Source: a virus
DNA length: 64,000 nucleotides
Virus record (IMG/VR): IMGVR_UViG_3300032245_001466
Location: 18,938 to 82,937 of that record
Direction: 5' to 3' (one strand)
A program made the position numbers and the translations under genes. The notes below the pieces were generated by a model, which ran no database searches, was not told the DNA's origin, and worked only from the letters and a program-made list of their open reading frames with translations. Of this stretch, positions 37,209 to 48,696 are shown in pieces (the first letter of the stretch is position 1; each line of letters opens with the position of its first letter).

Positions 37209-37885
37209 TTATTGACGATCTTATCCCACTTGCCACGCCCATTGAAGGGCTAAAGCCATGGGGGAAAAACCCACGGCGGGGAAACGTTGACGCCATTGCG
37301 CGCTCGCTTGCAAAGTTTGGACAGCGACGACCAATTGTTGTTCGCAAAAGCACAAACGAAGTTATTGCGGGAAACCACACGCTTCAGGCAGCGCAGCAAC
37401 TTGGCTGGAAGCAAATTGCCGTAGTTTGGGTGCAGGACGACGACCAAACTGCGACCGCCTTTGCTCTTGCTGACAACCGCACGCAAGACCTTGGTTTCTA
37501 CGACGAAGATTTGCTTGAAGAGTTGATTAACAGCATTAACGAGCAGGACTTGTTCCTAGCAACTGGGTATTCCGAAGAAGAGCCAGAGTTAGATTTTTCT
37601 AGCGGCACACAGACCGCAACCGTTCCGCAAATTCCGCAAATTTCTGACCCAAACGCAATGCGAACGGAATTTGTCGAGGGCCTTGACGGGAGCATTTCTC
37701 AGCGACCAGCGCCACCGCTTGACCCCAATATGGCAATGCTGGTAAAGATTGGTGGCATTGAGCTACGCCTTGCAAGGGAAGAGGCAGAACCGCTGGTTAT
37801 GGCGTATCGCAGGTACGTTGAAAAGAAGGGAACATCAACGGGATTCTTCCTTTGGCTGGTTGAGGGGAAAGATATCCCCGAGTAA
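37205..37885 (+). CDS. ParB/Srx-like N-terminal domain protein
   Basis: NPRRGNV..IA.SL..FGQ..PIVV...IAGNHT..AA..LGW...LADNRT. Confidence 0.85.
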   Translation: MIIDDLIPLATPIEGLKPWGKNPRRGNVDAIARSLAKFGQRRPIVVRKSTNEVIAGNHTLQAAQQLGWKQIAVVWVQDDDQTATAFALADNRTQDLGFYDEDLLEELINSINEQDLFLATGYSEEEPELDFSSGTQTATVPQIPQISDPNAMRTEFVEGLDGSISQRPAPPLDPNMAMLVKIGGIELRLAREEAEPLVMAYRRYVEKKGTSTGFFLWLVEGKDIPE

Positions 37886-38565
37886 GGAAGTGGCCGCCGA
37901 GGGGAAAAGGAGGAAACCCCAAGGCGGCCAGGGCCAAAGACCCTACCGGCATAGGCCGGTTGGTCAATAATGCCAGATTGTTTTTATTTTTGCCATAAAT
38001 TTACTTTTTCTGTGTTATGCTTTTTTTATGGCAGGTAAGACAGCGGTCAAGAAGCAATCCGGCCCACCCTCAAAGGTGGCGATGTCTTCGCGCGTCTGTA
38101 ATGAGTGCGGCTCCCGCCTGATGAGCAATGCCATTTTCTGCTACAAGGAGATTGCCTTTAGTGGGGCGTCGGCATCAGCCAGAATGCGCTATACTTGCAA
38201 GGAACATGCAAAGAGAACAGAAGCAGGAAGAAAGTAACCCAAGAAACCAGCGGTGTGGCGTTTGCCATATGCGCAAAAGTTCTTGCATTAACGTTGGTTA
38301 CGACGATGGGAGCGGATGGGGAAACCGCATGGTTTGCTCTGAATGCTTCCCAATGATTTTCAAAAAGGGGAAGAAAGATGGATCAGGTATTACTAGGTAA
38401 AATCATCATTGGTTGGCTGTTTTTGCTGACCATATTCCACGCTACAATGTTTGTTCAGGTTTATAGGCGGTCAAATGAGCCGGGTGGAGGGCTTGCTGTT
38501 ACCGTTGCTGGGGCCGTTTTCTTTGGCAGCCTGTTGGCGATGCTTTGGATTGCGCGGAACAACGT

Positions 38566-38919
38566 ATGACCAAAGAAGAAAAAACTTTTCAAGAAACGTT
38601 TAGGGAAATTTATGGTGAGGCGTTTGCCCTGCTTGTTGAAAGACAGGCAAAGTATGGCAATCTCAACATTGAGCAGCTAGGATTGTATGGGGTTCTTAGC
38701 AGGGTTGCCAACGACAAGATGTCTCGAGTCATGAAGAGTTTGAATGGCAAGATTGTCGACGGAAAAGTCCTGCTTGACCCAATAAAAGAGGAGCATGTTG
38801 ACGAGGTTCTGGAAGACGCTCTTCTTGACATTGCCAACTACGCCCTCATTGCCATTGCTTTAAAGCGTGGCGTCTGGGGCAAGGAATTTGACAAAAAAGA
38901 CACAAGGCTGGTGAAGTAA
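38566..38919 (+). CDS. DUF1599-like nucleotide-modification-associated protein
   Basis: RQAKYG..NI...G..GV..R...DK..R...DALLDIANYA. Confidence 0.7.
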   Translation: MTKEEKTFQETFREIYGEAFALLVERQAKYGNLNIEQLGLYGVLSRVANDKMSRVMKSLNGKIVDGKVLLDPIKEEHVDEVLEDALLDIANYALIAIALKRGVWGKEFDKKDTRLVK

Positions 38920-39083
38920 TGAGCAAGAAAGATCGCTACGAAGTTATTCATATTGGCCTTCATGGGGCTGAGTGGATTGCTGTTGTTTGGGACCGCAGAG
39001 ATAAGCGGGTTGTTGGAAGCGCCGTTAGCAAGAGCCTGGACGAGGTTGTCTCTGCCGTTGTGGACCTTATTGCTGCTTTGTAG

Positions 39084-39725
39084 ATGTATTCGCAAAATAA
39101 CGAAGAAGAGGTAATTCTTAGAGTTTTTGAGGGACAGATTGGGTCCTTTCTAGACATTGGCGCATACGATGGCGTGTCGCTAAGCAATACTCGAGCCCTT
39201 GCCGAGCGCGGTTGGTCGGGTGCGTTAATTGAAGGCTCTTCGTTTTCTTTTCAAAAGCTTTTTTCTCTTTATGGGGGAAATAAAAAGTTTACTCTGATTA
39301 ACGCAATGCTTGACCCCTTTGGAAAAAACGCTGGGAAAATTGTTAAAATGTGGGAGGCGCCCAATTGCGCCGTCACAACCATAAGCCCACAAAACTTTGA
39401 AAAATGGCAAAACGACGTTGTAATGCACAGCGATGGTGGGGCTAAGTTTTCTGAGATATTTGTTGCCCCAACGCCGTTTGCTGCAATTCTTGACTTTTTT
39501 AAGAGTCAAGACCTCAAGTTTGATTTTGTATCAATTGACATTGAGGGCGGGTCTGCTGACGTTGCAATGCTTTATGAACCGGACGAATTTGGCACATCTC
39601 TTCTTTGCGTAGAGCACGATGACAGGGACAGTGAAATCGTGGCCAGGTATGCAAAACTTGGCTTTGTTCTCATCTTAAAAAACGATGAAAATATCATCTT
39701 GTCAAGGGGTTCGCAGCAGGGCTGA
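39084..39725 (+). CDS. FkbM-family methyltransferase
   Basis: YSQN.EE...FLDIGAYDG..LSNT..L...GW.G.LIE...SIDIEG. Confidence 0.85.
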   Translation: MYSQNNEEEVILRVFEGQIGSFLDIGAYDGVSLSNTRALAERGWSGALIEGSSFSFQKLFSLYGGNKKFTLINAMLDPFGKNAGKIVKMWEAPNCAVTTISPQNFEKWQNDVVMHSDGGAKFSEIFVAPTPFAAILDFFKSQDLKFDFVSIDIEGGSADVAMLYEPDEFGTSLLCVEHDDRDSEIVARYAKLGFVLILKNDENIILSRGSQQG

Positions 39726-39762
39726 CCCTAGAAAAACACAGGGTCCTTGCTACCATTTGCCA

Positions 39763-40149
39763 ATGGACGAGTTTGAAAGGTACCTTGCTTGGTCAAAGCC
39801 CAGCCGCGATGCAGTGGGCGACTTTTACGCGTCCTCCCTCAAAGTTTTTACCAAGAAGTTCTTTGGGCAAAGCGAAGAAGAGCAGGCCAGTGAAATTGTT
39901 GCTCACATCTTTCGGGTACTGAGCGGCATTATTTCTGTTTACGGAGTTGAGGGAGAACAGGATAATATTGCCGTAAAATGTCAGCCCCCCAGGGAGACTG
40001 GTGGGATTTGGACGTTTGATGTACGATTCTCAATTAATGGAAGAAACTCACAGGTCTTAGCGGCAGCTAGGGATATCAAAGAAATTGCTGAAAGTCTAAA
40101 TAAGGAGATCAATGTCATCCTCAGATCAAACCCAGAAATTAGCCGCTAA
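39763..40149 (+). CDS. hypothetical protein
   Basis: ORF in + operon. Confidence 0.5.
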   Translation: MDEFERYLAWSKPSRDAVGDFYASSLKVFTKKFFGQSEEEQASEIVAHIFRVLSGIISVYGVEGEQDNIAVKCQPPRETGGIWTFDVRFSINGRNSQVLAAARDIKEIAESLNKEINVILRSNPEISR

Positions 40150-40472
40150 GCGCATTGTCGCAAGGCTGTCCGGGGCAATCTCTGCCGCCTTTACAGAGCA
40201 CTCTGGGGATAAGTTCCCAGGCAAAGTAGACTCAGTTTCCCGGCTTTCATACGTGCTTGGTCTCCGCAGAGCCCTTGAGATCGTTATGGAGGAAATTGAC
40301 CCAAGCGATTACCCCCCAAAAAAGAAGTGATTCTGGCTAGTTTCCTTGAATATTTGCAAGATTATAAGGGCAGTTTTATGGGGAAAAACAAGCATTGCTG
40401 CTTAATTGACAAATATGCTGCCACAGTTGTATCATCCACGCAGATACATAAACGTATCACCTAGAAGGAGGT

Positions 40473-40856
40473 TTGAGCGTGAATCAGAGCAAGAAGACTA
40501 GGAAGCAGTTGGTGCTAGAGGTCTTAGAGAAAAACCTCAATGTATGGATTGACGGGAGCGTGCTGATGCAGCCAGACTGCGGCGGTGGCCGCTTTGGCGC
40601 AAGAATTGAGGAGTTGCGCAAAGATGGCCACACGGTAGAGGCCCGTCCGCACCCAGATCCAAAGCGCGACATCTGGCAATACAGAATTTGCGATAAGGCA
40701 TCTCCAGCTGGGTTTTGGGAGTGTTCTAGGTGCGGGACGAGATCGCAAGACAAGCCGGGGGGCAACTTGCGGGCAAGCGTTGTTGAGACGATGATTATGG
40801 CTGCTTGCTGGAAATGCAAAAAGCAGTCGGTTATTTGGCAGTTTCGGAAGATCTAG
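40473..40856 (+). CDS. winged-HTH + Zn-ribbon protein
   Basis: RFGARIEELRKDGH.V; WECSRCG...CWKC. Confidence 0.6.
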   Translation: MSVNQSKKTRKQLVLEVLEKNLNVWIDGSVLMQPDCGGGRFGARIEELRKDGHTVEARPHPDPKRDIWQYRICDKASPAGFWECSRCGTRSQDKPGGNLRASVVETMIMAACWKCKKQSVIWQFRKI

Positions 40857-42313
40857 CGTTTAGCGGAAGTAAAGTAGAAGCCCACAGTCCCAACGTCAGC
40901 AGCATAGACAAGAGCGTCAACAAGGTCGTCATGCTCGCTGTTTGGGAATGACATCATTTCTGACTCAAGCTGCCTGATCCCAGGGCCATTTTTAAGGTGA
41001 AATACCTTGCCGGCCTCGTACCTGGCGGCAAGCGATCTAGAGCGGAAAACCTTGTCTCTTTCAGGGCGTACTGCCCGAGCCGGAAGTCTGGTTTCATTGA
41101 CAAGTTCCCGGACAAAAGTGGATTGGTACTGAACGGCCTCAATGTTTACCTCGGTAAACTTCCTTGGCTCATCCCCCCAGGTGTCCCTTTGGCCTCGCAG
41201 GCCAACAAACTTTGCTGGCCAAAGCAGTTTTGGACTTGACGCATCGTCAATGATTGACCCATCTCGCTCTACTCCAGTTAGCCACTTTTGATGCCCTTGC
41301 TGAATTCTGGTCCGATAGGCGCCAACCACGTATAGGTTGTGATCGTCGTCTTCCACCACCTCAACGGCAGCTGTGTAGTCCGAACGCTCTTTCTCGGAGG
41401 CTGCAAGGTCAACTCCAATTCTTCTTGCCCCTGGTGGAATTTGATCAACATACTGAAAGAACTCATAGCGGAAGATATTGCCACCCATGGAGGTAACGTC
41501 GTTTTGATATTGAAGGTTAAAGATTGGCGTTCCAAGCTCTTCCCGTTTTCGTTCAAGGTCTTCAACCGTGTACATGTCTGGCCATAGCGGGCCGGAATCC
41601 TCAATTGATCTCCGGAGATACGTAGGAATGCCCTTGCTGGTCAATTCGGCATAGAAATCGTCTTCATGCCAACGCGTGCCGATATACCACCTTGTTGCAC
41701 CGGGAACAAGCATTGGATCGATGACCTGCCAATACGTTTCACTTGCTTTCTGACGCTGGGTGGGGGTGGCATTTTCCTTAAGCCCAACAATGTCGTCTGC
41801 GATCAGCAAGTCAAGGCGCGGGCCCGGCTTAATAGAGGTTAGTCCGTCAGCAAAGCAAGTGGCATCTTTACCAAGGTTTACGCCCTTGATGGTCCAAACC
41901 TCGTCGGTCCATTTTCCGCCCGCAACGCCACCCCTTGCCCACGGGAACACTTCTGCAAATTTTGCAGATTCGACAATGGTCTTGATAGCCCTAGATCGCG
42001 CAAGGGCGTCAGAAAGAACAGATGTAACAATACCAATACGAATTTTGCCTTCCGTCACGCCAACAAGGCGAGCGGCGCGATGAATTAATTGCGTGGTTTT
42101 TGCGTGACCGCGCGGCATAAGCACTAAGGCCCTTGGGTTGCCGGTGAGAAAATTCTCCATCTCTCGAAGATGGCGAGGAAAGACTAGCCCGCTGACATAT
42201 TCAGCAAACGCCGCGTCATCAGAAGCGGCACGGTCCCGAAGCCATGAGCGATACTGCTCGTTAGTCGGCGGCGGCGGTATCTTCGATTTGCTTTGCTTCT
42301 TCGTGCTCTGCAA
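40853..42313 (-). CDS. terL: terminase large subunit
   Basis: MPRGHAKTT Walker A, LLIADD, GTRWHEDD, YQN, GVDLA...SDYTA, HDDLVDAL. Confidence 0.92.
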   Translation of the reverse strand: MQSTKKQSKSKIPPPPTNEQYRSWLRDRAASDDAAFAEYVSGLVFPRHLREMENFLTGNPRALVLMPRGHAKTTQLIHRAARLVGVTEGKIRIGIVTSVLSDALARSRAIKTIVESAKFAEVFPWARGGVAGGKWTDEVWTIKGVNLGKDATCFADGLTSIKPGPRLDLLIADDIVGLKENATPTQRQKASETYWQVIDPMLVPGATRWYIGTRWHEDDFYAELTSKGIPTYLRRSIEDSGPLWPDMYTVEDLERKREELGTPIFNLQYQNDVTSMGGNIFRYEFFQYVDQIPPGARRIGVDLAASEKERSDYTAAVEVVEDDDHNLYVVGAYRTRIQQGHQKWLTGVERDGSIIDDASSPKLLWPAKFVGLRGQRDTWGDEPRKFTEVNIEAVQYQSTFVRELVNETRLPARAVRPERDKVFRSRSLAARYEAGKVFHLKNGPGIRQLESEMMSFPNSEHDDLVDALVYAADVGTVGFYFTSAKR

Positions 42314-42797
42314 TCTTTGATGCCTCCTCTAGCTGCTTTGACCATATTGCCAGCCGACCAGAAAGCTCGCTGGCAGTCAGAGTATCAATTTCATGCGGTG
42401 TTTTAGAAATCTCAATTGCCCCGCCGTCAACCCCGCTGACCTCTTGGCGAACTGGGGCATAGGCTCCGGTAAGCTTTGCAACTTTATCTAATATTTCAAT
42501 TTGCACTTTTAAATATTGAATCTCCATGGCGGAACCGCGGGCCTTTGAGGCACCCACCGCAGCCTGCTGCCCAATCATGCGAGCCCTCTGCACCAGTTCC
42601 GCCCGCGTAAGGATCTGGTCCGGCTGATCTTCTGCCCACTTTTTGCGAATAGCCCGAATGTGCTCTCGGACCGTGTGGACTGAAAGGTCGGTTGCTTTGG
42701 AAATCTGTGCGGTAGGCACGCCATTAAGGAGCAGTTGCGTAATCTGCTCTCGCAATGCGTCAATCTGTGCTTGTGGCTTTCGCCCCGGCTTACCCAT
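42261..42797 (-). CDS. probable terminase small subunit
   Basis: N-terminal HTH; EVSGVDGGAIE motif; directly upstream of terL. Confidence 0.7.
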   Translation of the reverse strand: MGKPGRKPQAQIDALREQITQLLLNGVPTAQISKATDLSVHTVREHIRAIRKKWAEDQPDQILTRAELVQRARMIGQQAAVGASKARGSAMEIQYLKVQIEILDKVAKLTGAYAPVRQEVSGVDGGAIEISKTPHEIDTLTASELSGRLAIWSKQLEEASKIAEHEEAKQIEDTAAAD

Positions 42798-42873
42798 ACT
42801 TGTATATTACACTATACCCAACGTAAAACCACACAGCATTGACTTTGCTGCAAATCTGAAGGACAATCCGGCT

Positions 42874-43221
42874 ATGCCTGCAAGTATTTATGACATTATC
42901 TGCGAACAGGGTGCAACGCTTGTCCGGGTGGTTACGTATAAGGATTCTGCTGGTAATCCGGTAAACCTCTCTACGTACACAGCCCGAATGAAGGTGCGCT
43001 CTTCTCGGGGCGCCCCAGGAGCGCAGCTTGCGCTGACTACTGGTGGCTCTGGAATTGTTTTGCAATCTAACGGAGAGATTGAAATTACTGTTCCCGCAGC
43101 AACTACCGCAATTATTCCTGCGGGAAAGTATCGCTACGATTTGGAAATTATGTCGTCTAGTGGAATTGTTACAAGAGTTATTGAGGGAGAATTTACCGTT
43201 AGCGGCGAGGTCACTCGGTGA
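42874..43221 (+). CDS. virion/baseplate-associated beta protein
   Basis: EQGAT...PVNLS.YTARM.VR...YDLE...RVIEG.F.V..EVTR. Confidence 0.7.
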   Translation: MPASIYDIICEQGATLVRVVTYKDSAGNPVNLSTYTARMKVRSSRGAPGAQLALTTGGSGIVLQSNGEIEITVPAATTAIIPAGKYRYDLEIMSSSGIVTRVIEGEFTVSGEVTR

Positions 43222-43517
43222 CAGACGACTATAATGTAATTATTACCGACCCAGATGGCAACATTGTTGTTCAAGATACTGCGTTAAATGTAACCACAAC
43301 GTCGCTAATTTCTCTTGTTGGCGGATCAACCTATGTTCACACTCAATCCTTCCCCTCCGCAACATGGACAATTAGTCACAATCTTGGCCGAAGACCAAGC
43401 GTAACAGTTGTGGATTCCGCAGGTAGCGTGGTTATTGGAGAAGTGACTTATTTGAGCGATAATAGCCTTCGAGTTGAGTTTTCGGCTGGCTTTAGTGGCC
43501 AAGCATATTTGAATTAG
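43218..43517 (+). CDS. small tail-associated protein
   Basis: YVHTQ..PS.TW.I.HNLG..PSV.VVDS.G...G.A.LN. Confidence 0.7.
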   Translation: MTDDYNVIITDPDGNIVVQDTALNVTTTSLISLVGGSTYVHTQSFPSATWTISHNLGRRPSVTVVDSAGSVVIGEVTYLSDNSLRVEFSAGFSGQAYLN

Positions 43518-43525
43518 GAGATAAA

Positions 43526-45250
43526 ATGGCAGTAAAATTTCTAGCTGGTATTGACCTTCAGAAAAATGAGCTGCTAAATGCTGCTATTCAAAATCTGCCA
43601 ACTGCTCCGCCAAGTCCAGTTCAGGGGCAAATTTATTACGACACTGCTGCTGACGCCATTAAGGTTTGGGACGGAGCTGCCTGGCAAACTCTTGCCACTG
43701 GTGGCGGAACAGTTACTTCCGTTGGCGCATCCAGTCCGCTTGCGTCGACCGGCGGCAGCACCCCAACAATTAGTATTCAGGACGGCACAACCATTCAGAA
43801 GGGCGCGGTTCAGCTTGAGGACTCAACAAGCAGCACCTCAACAAGCAAGGCTGCAACGCCAAATAGCGTCAAGACTGCTTATGATACGGCTGCTGCCAAA
43901 GCAAACCCATCAGACGTTACGTACATTGGTACGACTAGCGTTGCCCTTAATCGATCATCTGCAAATCTTGCCCTTACCGGAATTACCAGCGTCACCATGC
44001 CGGGCTCCACTTCTGGTAGTGCGCAAATTATCCCGTCAGCGGTTGCCGGAACTGGCACCGTTATTACACTTCCGGCAACAACCGGCACAGTTGCTTTAAC
44101 AAGCAATAAGATTTCAGATTTTGCCTCAAGCACATCTTCTGAGCTTGCGGGAAAAATCTCTGACGAGACTGGTACTGGCGCGCTCGTCTTTGCCAATACG
44201 CCAACACTTGTAACGCCAATTCTTGGAACGCCACAAAGCGCCACGCTAACAAACGCAACTGGGCTTCCAATTAGCACAGGTGTCTCTGGTCTTGGAACTG
44301 GCGTTGCGACGTTCCTTGCAACTCCATCTTCAGCAAACCTCATCAGCGCAATTACCGATGAGACCGGAACCGGTGCGTTGGTATTTGCTAACACCCCAAC
44401 GCTCGTCACGCCAAACATTGGCGTAGCAACTGGTACAAGCCTGGTGCTTTCTGGTGATTTGACGGTCAACGGAACCACAACAACAATTAACTCGACAACT
44501 ATTACGGTCGACGACAAGAACATTGAACTCGGCTCTGTTGCAAGTCCAACAGATGCCGGTGCTGATGGTGGCGGTATCACCCTCAAGGGCACCACGGACA
44601 AGACGATCAACTGGGTTGATGCGACCGACGCATGGACCTCATCGGAACACGTTAATCTCCTTGCCGGCAAGGCGTATTACATTAACGGAGCCTTAGTTCT
44701 TAGCGGCACAACTCTTGGCAGCGGAGTTACTGGCTCCAGCCTAACGTCGGTTGGAACTATTGGTACTGGCGTTTGGCAGGGAACAGCCGTTGGCATCTCT
44801 TACGGTGGTACTGGGGCAACCAGCGCTAGCGCAGCACGAACGGCCCTTGGGCTTGCTATTGGCACTGATGTCCAGGCTTATAACAGCACACTCGCGGCGG
44901 TTGCTGGCGGAACGTACAGCGGTGATGACAGCATAACGACTGTTGGCACAATTTCTGCTGGCACATGGAACGGCACAGACATTGCCGTAGCCGACGGCGG
45001 AACTGGCGCAAGCACGGCCGCAGGGGCAAAGACCAACCTTGGATTTATGACCCGCTACAGCACGTCCGCAACCTGGACGGCCGGGGAGGCTAAGACGGTC
45101 ACTCACTCACTTAATACCAAGGATGTTGTGGTATCGCTATACGACTCTACTGACAACCTGGTTTTTGCCGATGTTGTAACCGCCACTGTTAACACTTTGA
45201 CAGTCACAATTAGTGCGGCGGGGACGTATCGAGTCGTCGTTATCGGGTAA
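43526..45250 (+). CDS. tail fibre protein
   Basis: [19 protein letters not shown] repeats, [16 protein letters not shown]...AATP..VK motifs. Confidence 0.8.
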   Translation: MAVKFLAGIDLQKNELLNAAIQNLPTAPPSPVQGQIYYDTAADAIKVWDGAAWQTLATGGGTVTSVGASSPLASTGGSTPTISIQDGTTIQKGAVQLEDSTSSTSTSKAATPNSVKTAYDTAAAKANPSDVTYIGTTSVALNRSSANLALTGITSVTMPGSTSGSAQIIPSAVAGTGTVITLPATTGTVALTSNKISDFASSTSSELAGKISDETGTGALVFANTPTLVTPILGTPQSATLTNATGLPISTGVSGLGTGVATFLATPSSANLISAITDETGTGALVFANTPTLVTPNIGVATGTSLVLSGDLTVNGTTTTINSTTITVDDKNIELGSVASPTDAGADGGGITLKGTTDKTINWVDATDAWTSSEHVNLLAGKAYYINGALVLSGTTLGSGVTGSSLTSVGTIGTGVWQGTAVGISYGGTGATSASAARTALGLAIGTDVQAYNSTLAAVAGGTYSGDDSITTVGTISAGTWNGTDIAVADGGTGASTAAGAKTNLGFMTRYSTSATWTAGEAKTVTHSLNTKDVVVSLYDSTDNLVFADVVTATVNTLTVTISAAGTYRVVVIG

Positions 45251-45259
45251 GATACGCCT

Positions 45260-47548
45260 ATGACTAAGTTCGTAGGCAACAACATTGGGCTTCCAACCCT
45301 GGCGACAGCGCCATCATCCCCTGCTGCCGGGGATACCTACTACAACACGACCTTTAACAAGCCATATACCTATAACGGTACGGTTTGGGTTGACCTCACT
45401 GAAACAGGCACCGTAGATGGTGCAATTGGCTACTGGGGCTCATTCTGGTCAACGCAAAGCCAGACCGCCGCATCTGCCAACACCGAATACCTGCTTACTT
45501 TTAACAATACTGATGCTGATTCAAGCGGCGTCTCCATTGCCTCGTCTAACCGACTTACCTTTGCCAACGCTGGCGTGTACAGCATTATTTTCTCCGTGCA
45601 GTGGGTTAATACCTCAAGCAGCATCTATGACGCAAATATTTGGCTAAAGAAAAATGGCTCAAACATTGCAGATTCAGATAGCAAGTGGAGCGTTGTTAGC
45701 TCGCACGGCGGGACTAATGGGCACGCAATTGGTGCGGTCAACTTTGTTTTGAAGGTCAACGCAGGGGATTACATTCAACTTGCGTGGCAAGTAACAAATA
45801 CCGCAGTATCTATTGAATATATTGCCGCAGCATCTCCTGCCCCAGCAATCCCAAGCGTGATCCTTACCGCAACGCAGGTCATGCATCAGCAAGTTGGTCC
45901 TGGCGTAGCCGCTGGCGGAACAACTGGTCAGGTTCTTACGAAGAACAGCGGAACAGACTATGACACATCATGGACAACGGTATCCTCTGGATCTGGCGAC
46001 ATTACGGATGTCGTTGCTGGCTCTGGTCTAACTGGCGGTGCCACATCTGGCTCCGCCACACTCAACGTGGGGGCGGGCACGGGCATTACCGTCAATGCCG
46101 ATGATGTGGCAATTGACCCTACCGTTGTTGCAACTCTTAGCGGAACGCAGACGCTTACAAACAAGACGCTAACCAGTCCAATCCTAACCACTCCAAATCT
46201 TGGAACTCCATCCGCAGTCAACCTTAGCAACGCTACAAGCCTTGCTGATTCTGCTCTTGCAGCAACGGGAACGGCAGGAACGTATACCAAGGTCACAACG
46301 GACTCTAAGGGTCGCGTATCTTCTGGAACTACGCTATCCGCTTCTGATATTCCAACGCTTACCGCAAGCAAGATTAGCGACTTTGACACGCAGGTAAGGA
46401 CATCTAAGGTCACTGACCTTACTGCACCAACCTCATCATTCTCAATGAACAGCCAGAAGATTGTATCTGTTCTTGACCCAACATTAGCACAAGATGCCGC
46501 TACTAAAGCTTATGTAGACAACGTGACCTCTGGCATTAACACCCACGCCCCAGTTGTTGCTGCATCAACAGCAAATATCTCTGGAACATATACCAACGGC
46601 ACATCAGATCAAAGCGGCGGAACTGGAATTGGCGCAACATTTACTGCATCTGCAAACGGGGCAATTTCCCTTGACTCTGTGTCGCCAACAATCGGCCAGC
46701 GGGTCCTTATAAAGAATCAGACAGATCAAAAGCAAAACGGCGTCTATACGGTCACTACAGTAGGAACTGCTGGCACACCATTTGTCCTAACCCGTGCCAC
46801 AGACTCAGACAACAGCACGGCGAATCAAGTGCGTGCTGGAGACTTTGTCTACGTCAACAGTGACCCAGCAACAACCTCAAATGGCGGACAAGGTTGGGTA
46901 ATGAATACCGTTGGAACTGGCACTGGCGGAACGATTGTAATTGGCACAAACAATCTTAACTGGGTGCAGTTCACTGGGGTATCTGATACTACTGCCGGCG
47001 GAGGTTTAACTCGATCAGGTAACATTATTGCCGTCGGAGCCGGAACTGGAATTACGGTTAATGCAAATGATGTTGCAGTTAATACTTTAGTAGTTCCTAC
47101 AATCTCTGGATCAAATACCGTTACGCTCACCACCAGCGGAACAACTGCGCTTACGCTTCCAACTTCAGGAACAGTTGCAACTACATCAAATAATCTTGGC
47201 GCATTTTCTACCTCAACATCTGCTGCAATTGGTGTAGGAACCATTGAGCTTGGCGCAGCAAGCGATACAACGATTGCGCGAGCTTCTGCTGGGGTTATTT
47301 CCGTAGAGGGAATTACCATTCCTAGGCTGTATAGCGCGGCGCTCACTGGGACGGGAACGTCATTCACCGTCCCCCACGGACTTGGCGCAGTCTGGGTAAC
47401 TGTCATGGTTTACGATGTGACCACAGGTAAATACATCATTCCAGACCACACGATTAACTTGTCATCTGGAACCCCGACAGGAACCGTCACCATTACCTTC
47501 CCTGCTTCCGTCACCGGGAGCAACTACAGGGTTGTTATCACGGGGTAA
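45260..47548 (+). CDS. tail fibre protein
   Basis: GGTTGQVL.K.S.TDYD..W, QDAATKAYVD, RVLIKNQT...QNGVY, AG.GITV repeats. Confidence 0.8.
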   Translation: MTKFVGNNIGLPTLATAPSSPAAGDTYYNTTFNKPYTYNGTVWVDLTETGTVDGAIGYWGSFWSTQSQTAASANTEYLLTFNNTDADSSGVSIASSNRLTFANAGVYSIIFSVQWVNTSSSIYDANIWLKKNGSNIADSDSKWSVVSSHGGTNGHAIGAVNFVLKVNAGDYIQLAWQVTNTAVSIEYIAAASPAPAIPSVILTATQVMHQQVGPGVAAGGTTGQVLTKNSGTDYDTSWTTVSSGSGDITDVVAGSGLTGGATSGSATLNVGAGTGITVNADDVAIDPTVVATLSGTQTLTNKTLTSPILTTPNLGTPSAVNLSNATSLADSALAATGTAGTYTKVTTDSKGRVSSGTTLSASDIPTLTASKISDFDTQVRTSKVTDLTAPTSSFSMNSQKIVSVLDPTLAQDAATKAYVDNVTSGINTHAPVVAASTANISGTYTNGTSDQSGGTGIGATFTASANGAISLDSVSPTIGQRVLIKNQTDQKQNGVYTVTTVGTAGTPFVLTRATDSDNSTANQVRAGDFVYVNSDPATTSNGGQGWVMNTVGTGTGGTIVIGTNNLNWVQFTGVSDTTAGGGLTRSGNIIAVGAGTGITVNANDVAVNTLVVPTISGSNTVTLTTSGTTALTLPTSGTVATTSNNLGAFSTSTSAAIGVGTIELGAASDTTIARASAGVISVEGITIPRLYSAALTGTGTSFTVPHGLGAVWVTVMVYDVTTGKYIIPDHTINLSSGTPTGTVTITFPASVTGSNYRVVITG

Positions 47549-47557
47549 GGAGGTAAC

Positions 47558-48694
47558 GTGCCAGACATTCCAACATCAGCACAGTTGCCTAAATACTCGT
47601 CAGCACCATCTAGTCCTGCGGCTGGTGATATTTATTTTGACATTACTGATAACGAGCTAAAAGTGTATGTCGCTATTGGCGGAGTGTCCTCATGGTTTAA
47701 CCTGGGACAAAAAACTATTGTTCAAGCATATACGCCAGGATCATATACATGGACACGTCCAGAAAATGTAAAACAACTTGATTTTATTTTTATACGAGGG
47801 TCCGGTGGCGGGGGGGCCAGTGGAAATCTTAACTCCACTAACGTCACAACATCATCTACCGCGGGTAATGGAGGCGGTGGCTCTGCCAACTTAATGTTTT
47901 ATACAAATATATATATTGGCGATATCTCAAGCTTGTCAATTGCAGTTGGGGCTGGTGGCGCTGGCGGCGCTGCACGAACATTCTCTAAGGCAGCGACGGG
48001 GACGGCCACATCTTCTCAAATCGGAAATCCTGGGTCGGCTGGCGGCACTACAGCGCTAGGTTCGTTAATAAGTATTGATGGCGGAGCTGGTGGCGGCGTG
48101 GGCGGATCAATGAATACTGCTGGATCTGGTGGCGGAGCTGGGGCTATTACCAATAGCATGCTGCGGTATAGCACTGTTTCGGGGGCCAGCGGTGGAAATG
48201 GTGGAGCAAGTACCGCAGCAGGAACCGCTGGCGGTGCTTCAAGCATACAGCTTTCAAACTTTTTGTATTATAACCAAACAACCGTTACTGCCACTGCTGG
48301 AGGTGCCCCATCGGGCACTGGTGGATCTACGGCAACTGGAACGGCAGGCGCAGCCGCAGGCGCTGGAAATTCCGTTTTAGGTGGCGGTGGTGGCGGTGGT
48401 GGTGGAATCGCTGGGGCATCTGGCGCAACGGCACGCGCAGGGGGGGCAGGAGGAGCAGGTGGTGGAGGTGCTGCTGGTTCATGTCTGCATATTCATGTTG
48501 CGTCAACGCTTACGGTCTCTCGTGCCGCCGGGTCAGGATCTGCTGGTGTGCAGGGCGGCGGAGGCGGAGCAGGTGGATCAATCTCTCTTACAAGCGGCAG
48601 CACAGCAAACTACAACGCCTCTACGCTAACGCTAACATCTGGTGCAGGCGGCGCTGGTGGCGACGGCCTTATTATTATTGCGTATCAGGGATAG
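47558..48694 (+). CDS. glycine-rich virion protein, paralogue 1
   Basis: LPKYSSAPSSP..GDIYF, GSYTWTRP, ends GGAGGDGLIIIAYQG. Confidence 0.75.
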   Translation: MPDIPTSAQLPKYSSAPSSPAAGDIYFDITDNELKVYVAIGGVSSWFNLGQKTIVQAYTPGSYTWTRPENVKQLDFIFIRGSGGGGASGNLNSTNVTTSSTAGNGGGGSANLMFYTNIYIGDISSLSIAVGAGGAGGAARTFSKAATGTATSSQIGNPGSAGGTTALGSLISIDGGAGGGVGGSMNTAGSGGGAGAITNSMLRYSTVSGASGGNGGASTAAGTAGGASSIQLSNFLYYNQTTVTATAGGAPSGTGGSTATGTAGAAAGAGNSVLGGGGGGGGGIAGASGATARAGGAGGAGGGGAAGSCLHIHVASTLTVSRAAGSGSAGVQGGGGGAGGSISLTSGSTANYNASTLTLTSGAGGAGGDGLIIIAYQG

Positions 48695-48696
48695 TT

